Shown in pieces: positions 9,525 to 18,537 of a stretch of DNA of 60,688 bases. This DNA comes from Alphaproteobacteria bacterium UBA2964 (GTDB lineage: Bacteria; Pseudomonadota; Alphaproteobacteria; MPNO01; UBA2964). The notes beneath the pieces were generated by a model. That model was not told where the DNA came from. It did not search any database and saw nothing but the letters and a program-made list of their open reading frames with translations. The stretch covers positions 1 through 60,688 of the forward strand of contig CAJJCG010000031.1 of the NCBI GenBank assembly GCA_905182615.1. Reading direction: 5' to 3'. Each line of letters begins with the position of its first letter. The stretch's first letter is position 1. The position numbers and the translations under genes were made by a program.

Positions 9525-10367
9525 CTAGGCGACTAAACTGTCGCCGCTGACTTTACTGCGGCGCAGGCGGCGGTCATCGCCCAGTTCAAAATGGGTGCGG
9601 GCGTGGGTGACTGCCAAATTGTCCCAGATAATGAAATCACCAATTGTCCATTCATGTTCATAGACGAATTGTCGTTGTTCGGCGTGATCGAAGATCGGGT
9701 CGAGGATTGCGGCGCTTTCCGCGATGGTTAGCCCTTCGAGCTGACAGGTCATCAGACGGTTGACGAATAGCGCCTCGCGCCCAGTCTGTGGATGGGTGAC
9801 CACGCAGGGCTGCCAGGCCTTTTCAATGTTTTCCAGATTATCGAGATCGGGTTTCTCAATCGTTGCGTAGTCATAAACGCTGAGGGCTTTCTTGCCGCGG
9901 ATTGTCTGTTTTAGGTCCTCGGACATGGTTTCCCATGCCTGATACATATTGCACCACATCGTATTGCCGCCGGTCTTCGGAATGGCGAGGGCGCAGAGCA
10001 TCGTGAATTTATCCGGCGCGTCGGTGTAGCAGGTGTCGTGGTGAAACCACATCTCGCCATCGGGGATGACGCCGGTGGGCTCGCCGTTTGCATCGCGAAT
10101 ATTGCTGACATAGGCGATCCCCGGTGTGTCAGAGGAACTGGCAGGGACGACATAATCATCCGGTAGTTTGCGTTTTCGAACCGGGCCGAGAGCAAGCGTG
10201 AAAGCCAGCTGCTGCTTGGCGTTGAAAGTCTGGTTGGGGAAAATCGCGACCTGATGCTCATGGATAACCGTACGAATCTCAGCCGCGAGAGCCTCATCCG
10301 GCGTATCGCGGAAATCGAGCCCGGTGATGCGGGCTCCGAGTGGGGCGTCCAGTGGTGTTACTTTCAT
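9525..10367 (-). CDS. TauD/TfdA-family dioxygenase (paralogue 4)
   Basis: The track start at 10493 would overlap the divergent SDR gene. ATG 10367 gives MKVTPLDAPLGARITGLDF. WFHHDTCY (HxD), GGNTMW, WDNLAVTHAR. Confidence 0.8.
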   Translation of the reverse strand: MKVTPLDAPLGARITGLDFRDTPDEALAAEIRTVIHEHQVAIFPNQTFNAKQQLAFTLALGPVRKRKLPDDYVVPASSSDTPGIAYVSNIRDANGEPTGVIPDGEMWFHHDTCYTDAPDKFTMLCALAIPKTGGNTMWCNMYQAWETMSEDLKQTIRGKKALSVYDYATIEKPDLDNLENIEKAWQPCVVTHPQTGREALFVNRLMTCQLEGLTIAESAAILDPIFDHAEQRQFVYEHEWTIGDFIIWDNLAVTHARTHFELGDDRRLRRSKVSGDSLVA

Positions 10368-10461
10368 GGCCCTATAATAGCAGATGATCCGCCGAAGGGG
10401 AGTTGAAACCGAGGCTTTCACCGTCCACACTGCCGCCAAACAAATACAGGCTATGGAGTTT

Positions 10462-11223
10462 ATGATGGGTAGAGTAGAGGGACGTGTCGCCATTGTGACC
10501 GGTGCTGCTCAAGGTTTGGGCGCAACTTACGCACGGGCTTTGGCCGCAGAAGGCGCTAAGGTCGTGATCGCGGATCGCGATAGCGGTGCGGCTGTGGTCG
10601 AAGAGATCAGGGCCGCCGGTGGCGAAGCGATTGATGTCCCGACCGATGTCCGCGAAGAGGCTGCTACCCTTGAAATGGTCGCCAAGGCTGTCGAGGCCTT
10701 CGGTAAACTCGATATCATGGTCAATAACGCCGCTATTTTCACGGCTGTTGAACGCAAAGGCTTTGATGAAATCTCCGTGGACGAATGGGATTTGATGCAT
10801 GCGGTCAATGTTCGCGGCACCTGGCTTTGTTGTCGGGCGGCCGTCGCTGAGATGCGCAAACACCAATACGGCAAGATCATCAATATCTCGACCAGCCGGA
10901 TTTTCCAGGGCGTGCCGTTTTTTCTGCACTATGACTCGACAAAAGGCGCGGTTCTCGCGATTACCCGCTCGCTGTGCAAGGAAGTCGGTGACGATGGCAT
11001 TCGGGTTAATTGCATCGCGCCTGGCTCCACGATGAGCGAGAACGTCCGCAAACGGACCAATTGGCAGGGCAGTGGTGCCAAGGCTCAGCTCGCGAACCGT
11101 ATGATTAAACGCGAACAGCTGCCCGAAGATCTTGTCGGCGCTGTGCTCTTTCTGTCATCCGCAGAAAGTGACTTTGTCACTGGCCAGACCATGCTGATCG
11201 ATGGTGGCGTCTCCACGCACTGA
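10462..11223 (+). CDS. SDR-family oxidoreductase, copy 3
   Basis: The track ORF starts at 10384. ATG 10462 gives MMGRVEGRVAIVTGAAQGLG, colinear with the other SDRs. YDSTKGA (YxxxK). Confidence 0.8.
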   Translation: MMGRVEGRVAIVTGAAQGLGATYARALAAEGAKVVIADRDSGAAVVEEIRAAGGEAIDVPTDVREEAATLEMVAKAVEAFGKLDIMVNNAAIFTAVERKGFDEISVDEWDLMHAVNVRGTWLCCRAAVAEMRKHQYGKIINISTSRIFQGVPFFLHYDSTKGAVLAITRSLCKEVGDDGIRVNCIAPGSTMSENVRKRTNWQGSGAKAQLANRMIKREQLPEDLVGAVLFLSSAESDFVTGQTMLIDGGVSTH

Positions 11224-11337
11224 ATAAGCTCGCTTTCCATACTGAGTATACCCGCGCTGGGTTGGCCTACAGGCCCTGTTGCGCTATAGCTGCGCCCAAC
11301 TTTTGATACTGACTGATTTCTAAAAAGGACTAGACCC

Positions 11338-12981
11338 GTGACTGAACGCACCCCCGCACGTAGTTACCCCGATTTACATGACCATTTGAAAGCCCTCGAC
11401 GAGGCTGGGCTGTTGGTAACGGTCGATCGTGAAATCAACAAGGACACCGAGATGCACCCGTTGGTGCGCTGGCAGTTCCGCGGCGGGATTGAAGAAAAAG
11501 ACCGCAAAGCCTTCTTGTTCACCAATGTCGTGGACTCTAAGGGTAATAAGTTCGATATGCCGGTGGCTGTTGGTGTGTTGGCGGCAAACCGCGAAATCTA
11601 TGCCATGGGCATGGGTTGTCCAGTGGAAGAAGTGCAGGATCGCTGGGCGCAGGCAATTGCCAACCCGATTCCGCCGAAAGAGATTTCTAGTGAAGAAGCG
11701 CCGTGCCACGAGGTCATCATCGAGGGCGACGATTTGGATAAGCCCGGCAATGCGCTGGATGCTATCCCGGTGCCGATCTCGACACCTGGCTGGGATGTCG
11801 GGCCGGTCGCCACGCTAACCCAATATGTCACCAGAGACCCCGATACCGGCCTGACCAATATGGGTAACTACCGTGCCCAGATTAAAGCGCCCCGCCGGAT
11901 GGGGATGAACCCGTCTTTGGAGCTGCGTCCTGGTATCTATGTTCACTGGGAAAAAATGAAGAAGCGAGGTGAGAAATTACCGGCCGCTGTCGTGCTTGGT
12001 GCTCCTTCGTGCGTGACATTCACTGCGGCGCAGAAACTACCTGAAAATCTTGAAGAAATTACCGTTGCAGGTGGGCTCGTTGGCTCACCGATTAACGTTG
12101 TAAAAGCCCGTACGGTTGACCTGATGGTTCCCGCTGAAGCAGAGATCGTTGTTGAGGGTTATATCAACACGGAGATGCTTGAGCCTGAAGCGCCGTTTGG
12201 TGAAAGCCACGGCCATGTGAACTTGCAGGAATTCAACGCCTTTATGGACGTCACCTGCATCACAAGGCGGTCGAAGCCGATTATGACTTCGATCATTTCG
12301 CAGGTCACACCGTCTGAATCTTCCTGCATCAAGCAGGTCGCCTACGAAACCATCTTTATGAACCACATGCGCGACGCGCTGGGCATCAAGGGCGTTCAAC
12401 GGGTGGCACTGCATGAGCCTTTGACCAACATCCGCAAGCTTGTGGTTCTGGTCTGTGATCGTGACATGCCAGCCACCGAAGTTTGGCGAGCCCTTTATGG
12501 TGCGGCAACGCTGCTGCGCGCCGGTGGCAAATTCGTCATCGCCGTCAATGACGATATTGATCCGTCCAATGCAGATGCGCTGTTCTGGGCGATGGCGTAT
12601 CGCTGCAATCCGATCCTCGATATGCAGGTTTTACCGCATCGGGATCAGGGCCATGGCCCGCGCTCCAAGCGTAATAACGGTGAAGATGGTTCGGTTCTCT
12701 ATGACGCAACGCTGAAAGAGAACTTCCCGCCGATTTCGCTGCCAAAACGCGAATTCATGGAAAACGCCGCCGAGATCTGGGACGAGATTGGCCTGCCGAC
12801 GCTCAAGCCGCAGGAACCCTGGTTTGGTTATTCGCTTGGCGAGTGGGATGAAGAATTCGACGAGGCCGCAAAAATGGCAACGGATAGCGAATACTGGGCC
12901 TATGGAGAACGTATTGCCCAACGCCGCCGCTCGGATGTCGAGATGAACACGGAAGTCCGAGACGTCGACGAGACGAAGTAG
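11338..12981 (+). CDS. UbiD-family decarboxylase, paralogue 3 (divergent, longer)
   Basis: 547 aa with a GTG start. PAEAEIVVEGYINTEMLEPEAPFGESHGH. N-terminus YPDLHDHLKALDEAGLL is typical of the family. Confidence 0.8.
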   Translation: MTERTPARSYPDLHDHLKALDEAGLLVTVDREINKDTEMHPLVRWQFRGGIEEKDRKAFLFTNVVDSKGNKFDMPVAVGVLAANREIYAMGMGCPVEEVQDRWAQAIANPIPPKEISSEEAPCHEVIIEGDDLDKPGNALDAIPVPISTPGWDVGPVATLTQYVTRDPDTGLTNMGNYRAQIKAPRRMGMNPSLELRPGIYVHWEKMKKRGEKLPAAVVLGAPSCVTFTAAQKLPENLEEITVAGGLVGSPINVVKARTVDLMVPAEAEIVVEGYINTEMLEPEAPFGESHGHVNLQEFNAFMDVTCITRRSKPIMTSIISQVTPSESSCIKQVAYETIFMNHMRDALGIKGVQRVALHEPLTNIRKLVVLVCDRDMPATEVWRALYGAATLLRAGGKFVIAVNDDIDPSNADALFWAMAYRCNPILDMQVLPHRDQGHGPRSKRNNGEDGSVLYDATLKENFPPISLPKREFMENAAEIWDEIGLPTLKPQEPWFGYSLGEWDEEFDEAAKMATDSEYWAYGERIAQRRRSDVEMNTEVRDVDETK

Positions 12982-13085
12982 TTTCGAAGGCTGGTAGGGC
13001 TTTCTTAACTCACGCGGAGTTGAATTCACCGGATTGGCTGTACTTCCCACTTAAAGTGCAGACCAAATAGTAACGGGCTTATTCA

Positions 13086-13943
13086 ATGTCTCGACGTTCG
13101 ACCTTCAGAAAATTTTCGCGCCGGTTTGCGCTGGTATTGTTGTGCGCGCCTTTGCTGACGGGGTTTTCATTTGAAGCCCTGTTTGCACCTCAGTCTTACC
13201 TGCTTGAAAAATGGGCGGCGCATGACGCGGCATCGAAAGCGATTATCGATCACAGTGAATGGGACAGGCTTCTTAAGCTCTATGTTGTAAAAAAATCGGA
13301 TGGTATCACCCGGTTTGCCTATAAGCGGGTATCCAAATTGGATCGTCGTCGGTTGGACGGCTATATCCGCGACATATCGAAGACAAAAATCGGCAAGTTC
13401 AATCGCGATGAGCAGTTCGCCTTTTGGGTAAACCTCTATAACGCCCGAACGGTGAAGGTGATCCTCGATCACCCTGATGCAGAGTCGATCCGAGATATTG
13501 ATATTTCACCGGGCTTCTTTGCGGATGGGCCCTGGGACAAAAAGATGATCGTGGTTGATGAGATCATCTTGTCTTTGAATGATATCGAGCACGGCATTCT
13601 ACGGCCGATCTATCAAGATCCGTATATTCATTACGCGGTGAATTGCGCGTCAATAAGCTGTCCAAATCTGCTGCCAGTTGCCTTCTCGGCAAAGAACTAC
13701 GGAACATTGCTCGACAAGGCGGCGCGCGCTTACATCAATCACCCGCGTGGTGTGAGGGTTGAGCAGGGGCAGATTAAGGTCTCGAGCATCTATGTCTGGT
13801 TTGCAGAGGATTTCGGCGGTGAGGCAGGCGTGCTTGAACACATAAAAAAATACACTGATCGCGAGCGTGTCCGGGTCATCCTACACAGCCGGAAATCAAT
13901 AGCCGGTCACGGGTATGACTGGACGCTTAATGACGACGGCTAG
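13086..13943 (+). CDS. DUF547 domain protein, probably exported
   Basis: 285 aa with an N-terminal hydrophobic segment. FWVNLYNA and HYAVNCASISCPNL motifs as remembered for DUF547. Confidence 0.6.
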   Translation: MSRRSTFRKFSRRFALVLLCAPLLTGFSFEALFAPQSYLLEKWAAHDAASKAIIDHSEWDRLLKLYVVKKSDGITRFAYKRVSKLDRRRLDGYIRDISKTKIGKFNRDEQFAFWVNLYNARTVKVILDHPDAESIRDIDISPGFFADGPWDKKMIVVDEIILSLNDIEHGILRPIYQDPYIHYAVNCASISCPNLLPVAFSAKNYGTLLDKAARAYINHPRGVRVEQGQIKVSSIYVWFAEDFGGEAGVLEHIKKYTDRERVRVILHSRKSIAGHGYDWTLNDDG

Positions 13944-13948
13944 CCGGT

Positions 13949-14656
13949 CTATTGATCGTTGCGAGCTGTAAACCGGAGATTAGCAATCGCAGAACGGGAT
14001 TTAACCCCGGTATCATCGGTATCGGCGGAAATTGCGATATGGCTAGGGGCGGGACCGTTCGCACGGAATAGCTTTCGGTAGTCCGCCGCAATATCAATCG
14101 TTTCAGTCATCCATTGGAAAAGCGGCGCATTTGTACTGCGTTTGATTACGATCATACCGCGATCTGGCAAATGAGGGTTGGTAAAACTCGCGCCCGTCTT
14201 GTGCTTTCCGCCCCACATATAGGTAATGACTCGGCCACTCGGTGGTAGGCCGATAAAACTGGATAGAGTGTCGCCAATTGATGTCCAGATGCTGCGTTCT
14301 TTTTCTGCCATTGGAAACCAGACATGGACCGCAATCGGCCGGTCACCTCCACCTTTCTTTGTAGCATCTGTAGCTGGTGGTGCCTTTTCAACACGCCAGC
14401 GCCAGCGGAGGATAGGATAGTCTCTTCCGCCTGTGAGCGGGCGTACGAGCATACCAAACGCGTCCATAGCATTAGCCGTCAGAGCGCCGTTGGCTGATTT
14501 TTTAAAGGCGGTTGGCATGACGCCGGGGATCGTGATGTTCTGCCAGCCCGTATCGTCTGGTCCGCCGTAAAGCGGGATGAGGACAGTGGCTGCCCCACTG
14601 GAAATCATCCCCAATGACAGCAGCAGGGGCAGGGCAGCTTTCGTAATCTGGTTCAT
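13949..14656 (-). CDS. DUF3047-like exported protein
   Basis: 235 aa with a signal-peptide-like LPLLLSLGMISSGAA. WRWRVEK...GGGDRPIAVHVWF resembles DUF3047. Its start overlaps the upstream stop (ATGA). Confidence 0.45.
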   Translation of the reverse strand: MNQITKAALPLLLSLGMISSGAATVLIPLYGGPDDTGWQNITIPGVMPTAFKKSANGALTANAMDAFGMLVRPLTGGRDYPILRWRWRVEKAPPATDATKKGGGDRPIAVHVWFPMAEKERSIWTSIGDTLSSFIGLPPSGRVITYMWGGKHKTGASFTNPHLPDRGMIVIKRSTNAPLFQWMTETIDIAADYRKLFRANGPAPSHIAISADTDDTGVKSRSAIANLRFTARNDQ

Positions 14657-15411
14657 GCGGGAACGGGGTCAATCAGCCCAAGCCGCTCAAGGCTTTTGGC
14701 CTGCAAGGCCCAACGACGTTCGGAAAATCCTTTAACGGCGCGCCAGAGAACAGCGTTGTCATGAACCAGCGCTTTAATGCAGGCATCCCAGATACCTTTG
14801 ATTGCCAAGACGGTTTCCAGACGCTCTTGTTCGGTTAACTGAGCGTTGGCGCTGACCAGCTGACCATAGGCTACGTGCCGCACTTCGTCCTGGGTGACAC
14901 GACGGTTGATTGCCTGAAACAGCGGGCAGCGGATGTCGTCAGATAGTTCATGCTGCAATGTCAGGGCTTCGCTTTCGAGAACCACGTGGACCGCGAAAAC
15001 CAGCCCCGTAGGGGGGCCTTTCCAATTTACCAGCTGCTTGGTTGCTTCTCTGAAGCCATCCGGTATGAGGGCCGGCATCCCGACGCGTTCGAGGTAGGCG
15101 CGATACACCTTTGCGTGCCGTTCTTCATCCGCAGCCTGATATTCGAGACAAGCGCTGAGGTCTGCATCAGGTGAGTCCGCGAGCAACATTTTACAGGCTG
15201 CAGCGGTTGCTTCCTCACCGGCCATTAAGGCGCCAAGCGCCCGTCCAATAAAGCGCTGCGTTAAAAAATTGGGTGGAGAAGGGTGGATAGACCAATCGAT
15301 ATCCTTTTCGATCTGCCACTGACCGTTTTCGGCATTGTTGATAAGCGTCGCGATTTGATGTTCGCGGGAGCTCTGAGACGACGGAGGCGTTACTATTTGA
15401 GTTGGCAGCAT
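14653..15411 (-). CDS. ferritin-like di-iron protein of unknown function
   Basis: 252 aa. Two ExxH motifs (DEERHAKVY, QDEVRHVAY) in predicted helical context, as in four-helix-bundle di-iron oxygenases. Confidence 0.45.
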   Translation of the reverse strand: MLPTQIVTPPSSQSSREHQIATLINNAENGQWQIEKDIDWSIHPSPPNFLTQRFIGRALGALMAGEEATAAACKMLLADSPDADLSACLEYQAADEERHAKVYRAYLERVGMPALIPDGFREATKQLVNWKGPPTGLVFAVHVVLESEALTLQHELSDDIRCPLFQAINRRVTQDEVRHVAYGQLVSANAQLTEQERLETVLAIKGIWDACIKALVHDNAVLWRAVKGFSERRWALQAKSLERLGLIDPVPA

Positions 15412-15511
15412 AGGATCACGATGTCCGTTTAGGTTACAGACATGTGGTAACGGCTTGGAAATTTAGAAGTAACAGTAGGATGACATATTCGTTACTTCGC
15501 CTGCTTAGAAA

Positions 15512-15814
15512 TTATCCTACAGGCTGTTTACAGGCCAGAAGCAGGAACATAATCAGCAAAAAAGCGCTGCCGGTGACGGCCGCGACGATGCTAAACCGCC
15601 AGGCGATACGGCAACCGGATTCGTCAAAGTACAGATCGGGCTTCATCAGGTAGGACGGCTTGATGAAATTTTTCTTACGAAGCCACATGTGTTTCGGCGG
15701 TTCCGGCGGCACCAGCAAATGGTCATTAAGGATACGCGAGAAGACAGCCATGGCTGCCGCCCCGGCGAGAAAAACCCACACAAAAACGCTCGAATGTTCC
15801 CAAAGACCGCACAT
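15512..15814 (-). CDS. small hypothetical membrane protein
   Basis: Start at ATG 15814 (MCGLWEH...), 2 nt after the upstream OCD stop. Two hydrophobic segments (VFVWVFLAGAAAMAVF, IVAAVTGSAFLLIMFLLLA). No family recognised. Confidence 0.3.
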   Translation of the reverse strand: MCGLWEHSSVFVWVFLAGAAAMAVFSRILNDHLLVPPEPPKHMWLRKKNFIKPSYLMKPDLYFDESGCRIAWRFSIVAAVTGSAFLLIMFLLLACKQPVG

Positions 15815-15816
15815 GA

Positions 15817-16926
15817 TTAGTCGCGAATATCCTGTAATAGCCATTCGGTCGGTATCTCGTTGCCGAGACCAGCTTCTTTGGCGAGTTCAAATGTCCGTCC
15901 GGCAACCGCATGGAACTGGTTGCCTTGCAGATTTCCGCGTTCTGAATAGGTGATTTGGTCGTTCGATGTCCGACCACGATCAGTGTTTTCCATGATGTCG
16001 GAGAAATAGATCACCTTGTCGGGCATGGCAACGCCATGGGCGCGGGTCCCAAGCGGTTTTTGTCGCAGTCCGTTATCGACATCGGGGCGCGCTGCATAGG
16101 TAACCCATTCATCTGCGAGGGCCATTTCGGGGATGCCTTCGGGTGCCGGGGCGTTGCCGAACCGGAAATAGACATCGACCTTGTCCTGCGCCTCGGGGCT
16201 GACCATGCCGGTGCCACCACCGACGTTGAGAACATGCATGCCGGGTTGCAGGAGGTCGGCGCGAACGACGGGTACCGATGCATTTGTGCAGCCCGCGACT
16301 ATATCGGCGCCGTTATAGGCATCTTCCGGGTTGTCGCAGGAAATGACTTCGATATTCCATTTGGCGCGCATTTCATCGGCAAAGGCGTCGCGATTGGATT
16401 TGGTCGGGCTGTAGACTTGCAGCTTCTTGATATCGCGGACGCACATAAAGGCTTCCATATGGCTGCGCGCCATGCCGCCAGCGCCCAGCATACACACGAT
16501 CTCTGAATCCTCGCGGCTCATATATTTGACGCCAATACCGCCATCGGCACCGACCCGTTTATGTTGCAAAACCCCGTCATTAAGAAAAGCCAGAGGCTCG
16601 CCGGTCTCGACGCTGGTGAGCAGGATCAGGCCACAAAACAGACCGGGCTCGCTGCAATACTTATGGTGCGTCCGGTTGCCATCGATGACCGTCTCATAGG
16701 TGACGTCGGACTTCATGCGAATGGCGAAATAGCCGCGGGTTGAGCCGCCTTCCATGGTGCCCCATTGATAGACCTTGCCGTCAGATGTTGGGATTTGGAT
16801 ATCAATCCGCGGGCGGCACACGGCTTCTCTCTCTGCGAGATCGGCATAGGCCTGTTCCAAGACGTCGATGGTGTCCTGCATTGTCAGGACCTGATCGACC
16901 ATGTCGTTATTGATCACTAGGGTCAT
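15817..16926 (-). CDS. ornithine cyclodeaminase/mu-crystallin family protein, copy 1
   Basis: 369 aa. Family-like N-terminus (VLTMQDTIDVLEQAY) and central Rossmann motif MLGAGGMARSH. Confidence 0.7.
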   Translation of the reverse strand: MTLVINNDMVDQVLTMQDTIDVLEQAYADLAEREAVCRPRIDIQIPTSDGKVYQWGTMEGGSTRGYFAIRMKSDVTYETVIDGNRTHHKYCSEPGLFCGLILLTSVETGEPLAFLNDGVLQHKRVGADGGIGVKYMSREDSEIVCMLGAGGMARSHMEAFMCVRDIKKLQVYSPTKSNRDAFADEMRAKWNIEVISCDNPEDAYNGADIVAGCTNASVPVVRADLLQPGMHVLNVGGGTGMVSPEAQDKVDVYFRFGNAPAPEGIPEMALADEWVTYAARPDVDNGLRQKPLGTRAHGVAMPDKVIYFSDIMENTDRGRTSNDQITYSERGNLQGNQFHAVAGRTFELAKEAGLGNEIPTEWLLQDIRD

Positions 16927-16943
16927 TCTGCCTCTCCGTGTCC

Positions 16944-16959
16944 GTCATTATCGGGCTTA
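16944..16959. repeat. degenerate half-copy of the GTCATTACCGGGCTT repeat
   Basis: GTCATTATCGGGCTTA matches the first 15 nt of the repeat at 17367-17381 with one mismatch. It is inverted relative to 17276-17290, so the two bracket the GIY-YIG gene. Confidence 0.5.
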
Positions 16960-16970
16960 AGGTCATTCAA

Positions 16971-17255
16971 TCAAGTGATCTCCGCATAGAGATCACGCCA
17001 CTCCGGATTATTCTTTTCGATCAGTTCTAGTTTCCACTGACGCGACCAGTGTTTGATGTTTTTCTCCCGCTGAATTGCGTTGCGTATCGACTGATGTTGT
17101 TCGAAATACACTAAGCGATCGACGTCGTACTGTTTACTAAAGCTCTTAACTGATTTTTCCTTGTGTTCATAAACCCGGCGGATCAAATCATTGGTAACGC
17201 CTGTGTATATCGTTACATTATTTTTACTCGCTAGAATGTAAACGTATGCAGGCAT
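16971..17255 (-). CDS. GIY-YIG nuclease family protein (small UPF0213-like)
   Basis: 94 aa. YVYILASKNN..IYTGVTNDLIRRVYEH..K is the GIY-YIG motif region. Confidence 0.8.
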   Translation of the reverse strand: MPAYVYILASKNNVTIYTGVTNDLIRRVYEHKEKSVKSFSKQYDVDRLVYFEQHQSIRNAIQREKNIKHWSRQWKLELIEKNNPEWRDLYAEIT

Positions 17256-17262
17256 TTTCTCT

Positions 17263-17292
17263 GGATTACCGGGTCAAGCCCGGTAATGACAA
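17263..17292. repeat. 30-bp repeat unit containing an internal perfect palindrome
   Basis: GGATTACCGGGTCAAGCCCGGTAATGACAA. The internal hairpin is ATTACCGGG/TCAAG/CCCGGTAAT. This is the exact reverse complement of 17365-17394. Confidence 0.9.
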
Positions 17293-17364
17293 TGGTTGAA
17301 GTTCTTGGTTCGCGTAAAATTTTCAGAACACATAGGCTTAGCTCACATGAAAATACCCACTAAG

Positions 17365-17394
17365 TTGTCATTACCGGGCTTGACCCGGTAATCC
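17365..17394. repeat. 30-bp repeat unit, inverted partner of 17263-17292
   Basis: TTGTCATTACCGGGCTTGACCCGGTAATCC is a perfect 30/30 reverse complement of the other unit. A 72-bp spacer separates them. Confidence 0.9.
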
Positions 17395-17414
17395 AGCACA
17401 TAAGACTCGACTCC

Positions 17415-18527
17415 CTAGTTCCGGATGTCTTGCAGGAACCATTCGGTCGGCACTTCATTGCCGAGCTCGGCTTCCTTGGCGCGTTCGTAGGCACGGCCTG
17501 CGACCGCGTGAAACTGATTACCTTGCAGATTGCCACGTTCGGAATAGGTGATCTCTTTGCTTGATGTCCGCCCGCGATTTGTGCCCTGCATGATGTCGAC
17601 GAAATAGAGAACCTTATCCGGCATCGCGACGCCATGGCCGCGTCCGCCTTTTTTCTTTTGCGTGAAGCCGTAATCGTGATCGGGGCGGGCAGCGTATGTT
17701 AGGTACTCATCGGCGAGATCAAACTCTGGCATTCCCTGCGGTGCTGGCGCATTGCCGAACCGGAAATAGACATCGATGAGGTCTTGGGCGTCTTTGCCAA
17801 CCATTCCACCACCACCACCAACATTGATAACGTGTTGGCCGGGCTCAAGGTATTCGGCGCGGATCACCGGCACAGCGGAGTCCGTACAACCCGCAATGAT
17901 ATCGGCGCCCTTATAGACATCTTCGTGATTGTCACAGACGACAATTTCGATACCGTGCTTGGCGCGCATCTCTTCGGCATAGGCTTCGCGGTTGGCCTTG
18001 GTCGGGCTGAACACCTGGACCTTTTTGATATTGCGGACACACATAAACGCATCGAGATGGGTGCGTGCCATGCCGCCGGAGCCAATCATGCCAACGACTT
18101 CGGAATCTTCGCGGCTCATATATTTGACGCCAATTCCGCCATCGGCGCCGACCCGCATATGCTGCAGCACGCCGTCATTGATAAAAGCAAGCGGCGTGCC
18201 GGTTTCAACATCGGTGACAAAGATTAAACCACAATAGGTGCCGGGCTCCGTGCAGTATTTTTCCTGACTCCGAACCCCTTCATATTCGGTCTCATAAATG
18301 ATGTCGGATTTCATGCGAATGGCGAAATAGCCGCCAACTGAGCCACCTTCCATCGAGCCCCATTGATAGGCCTTATTTGGATCGCTGGTCGGGATCTGAA
18401 TATCGACCCGCGGACGGCATACCGCCTCGCCATCTGCGAGATCGCGATAGGCCTTCTCCAGCACATCGATGGTGTCCTGCATGGTCAGGACTTCCGCGAC
18501 AACTTCGTTATTGATGAAAAGGGTCAC
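17415..18527 (-). CDS. ornithine cyclodeaminase/mu-crystallin family protein, copy 2
   Basis: 370 aa, colinear with copy 1 and clearly a majority of residues identical by eye. MIGSGGMARTH Rossmann motif. Confidence 0.7.
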   Translation of the reverse strand: MTLFINNEVVAEVLTMQDTIDVLEKAYRDLADGEAVCRPRVDIQIPTSDPNKAYQWGSMEGGSVGGYFAIRMKSDIIYETEYEGVRSQEKYCTEPGTYCGLIFVTDVETGTPLAFINDGVLQHMRVGADGGIGVKYMSREDSEVVGMIGSGGMARTHLDAFMCVRNIKKVQVFSPTKANREAYAEEMRAKHGIEIVVCDNHEDVYKGADIIAGCTDSAVPVIRAEYLEPGQHVINVGGGGGMVGKDAQDLIDVYFRFGNAPAPQGMPEFDLADEYLTYAARPDHDYGFTQKKKGGRGHGVAMPDKVLYFVDIMQGTNRGRTSSKEITYSERGNLQGNQFHAVAGRAYERAKEAELGNEVPTEWFLQDIRN

Positions 18528-18537
18528 AGCGACGCTC

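Noticed and set aside
8674-10929. About 185-aa antisense ORFs inside SDR2 and SDR3 (8674..9225, 10372..10929)
   Set aside because: This is a recurrent antisense open frame of SDR genes. The two are similar only because the sense genes are paralogues.
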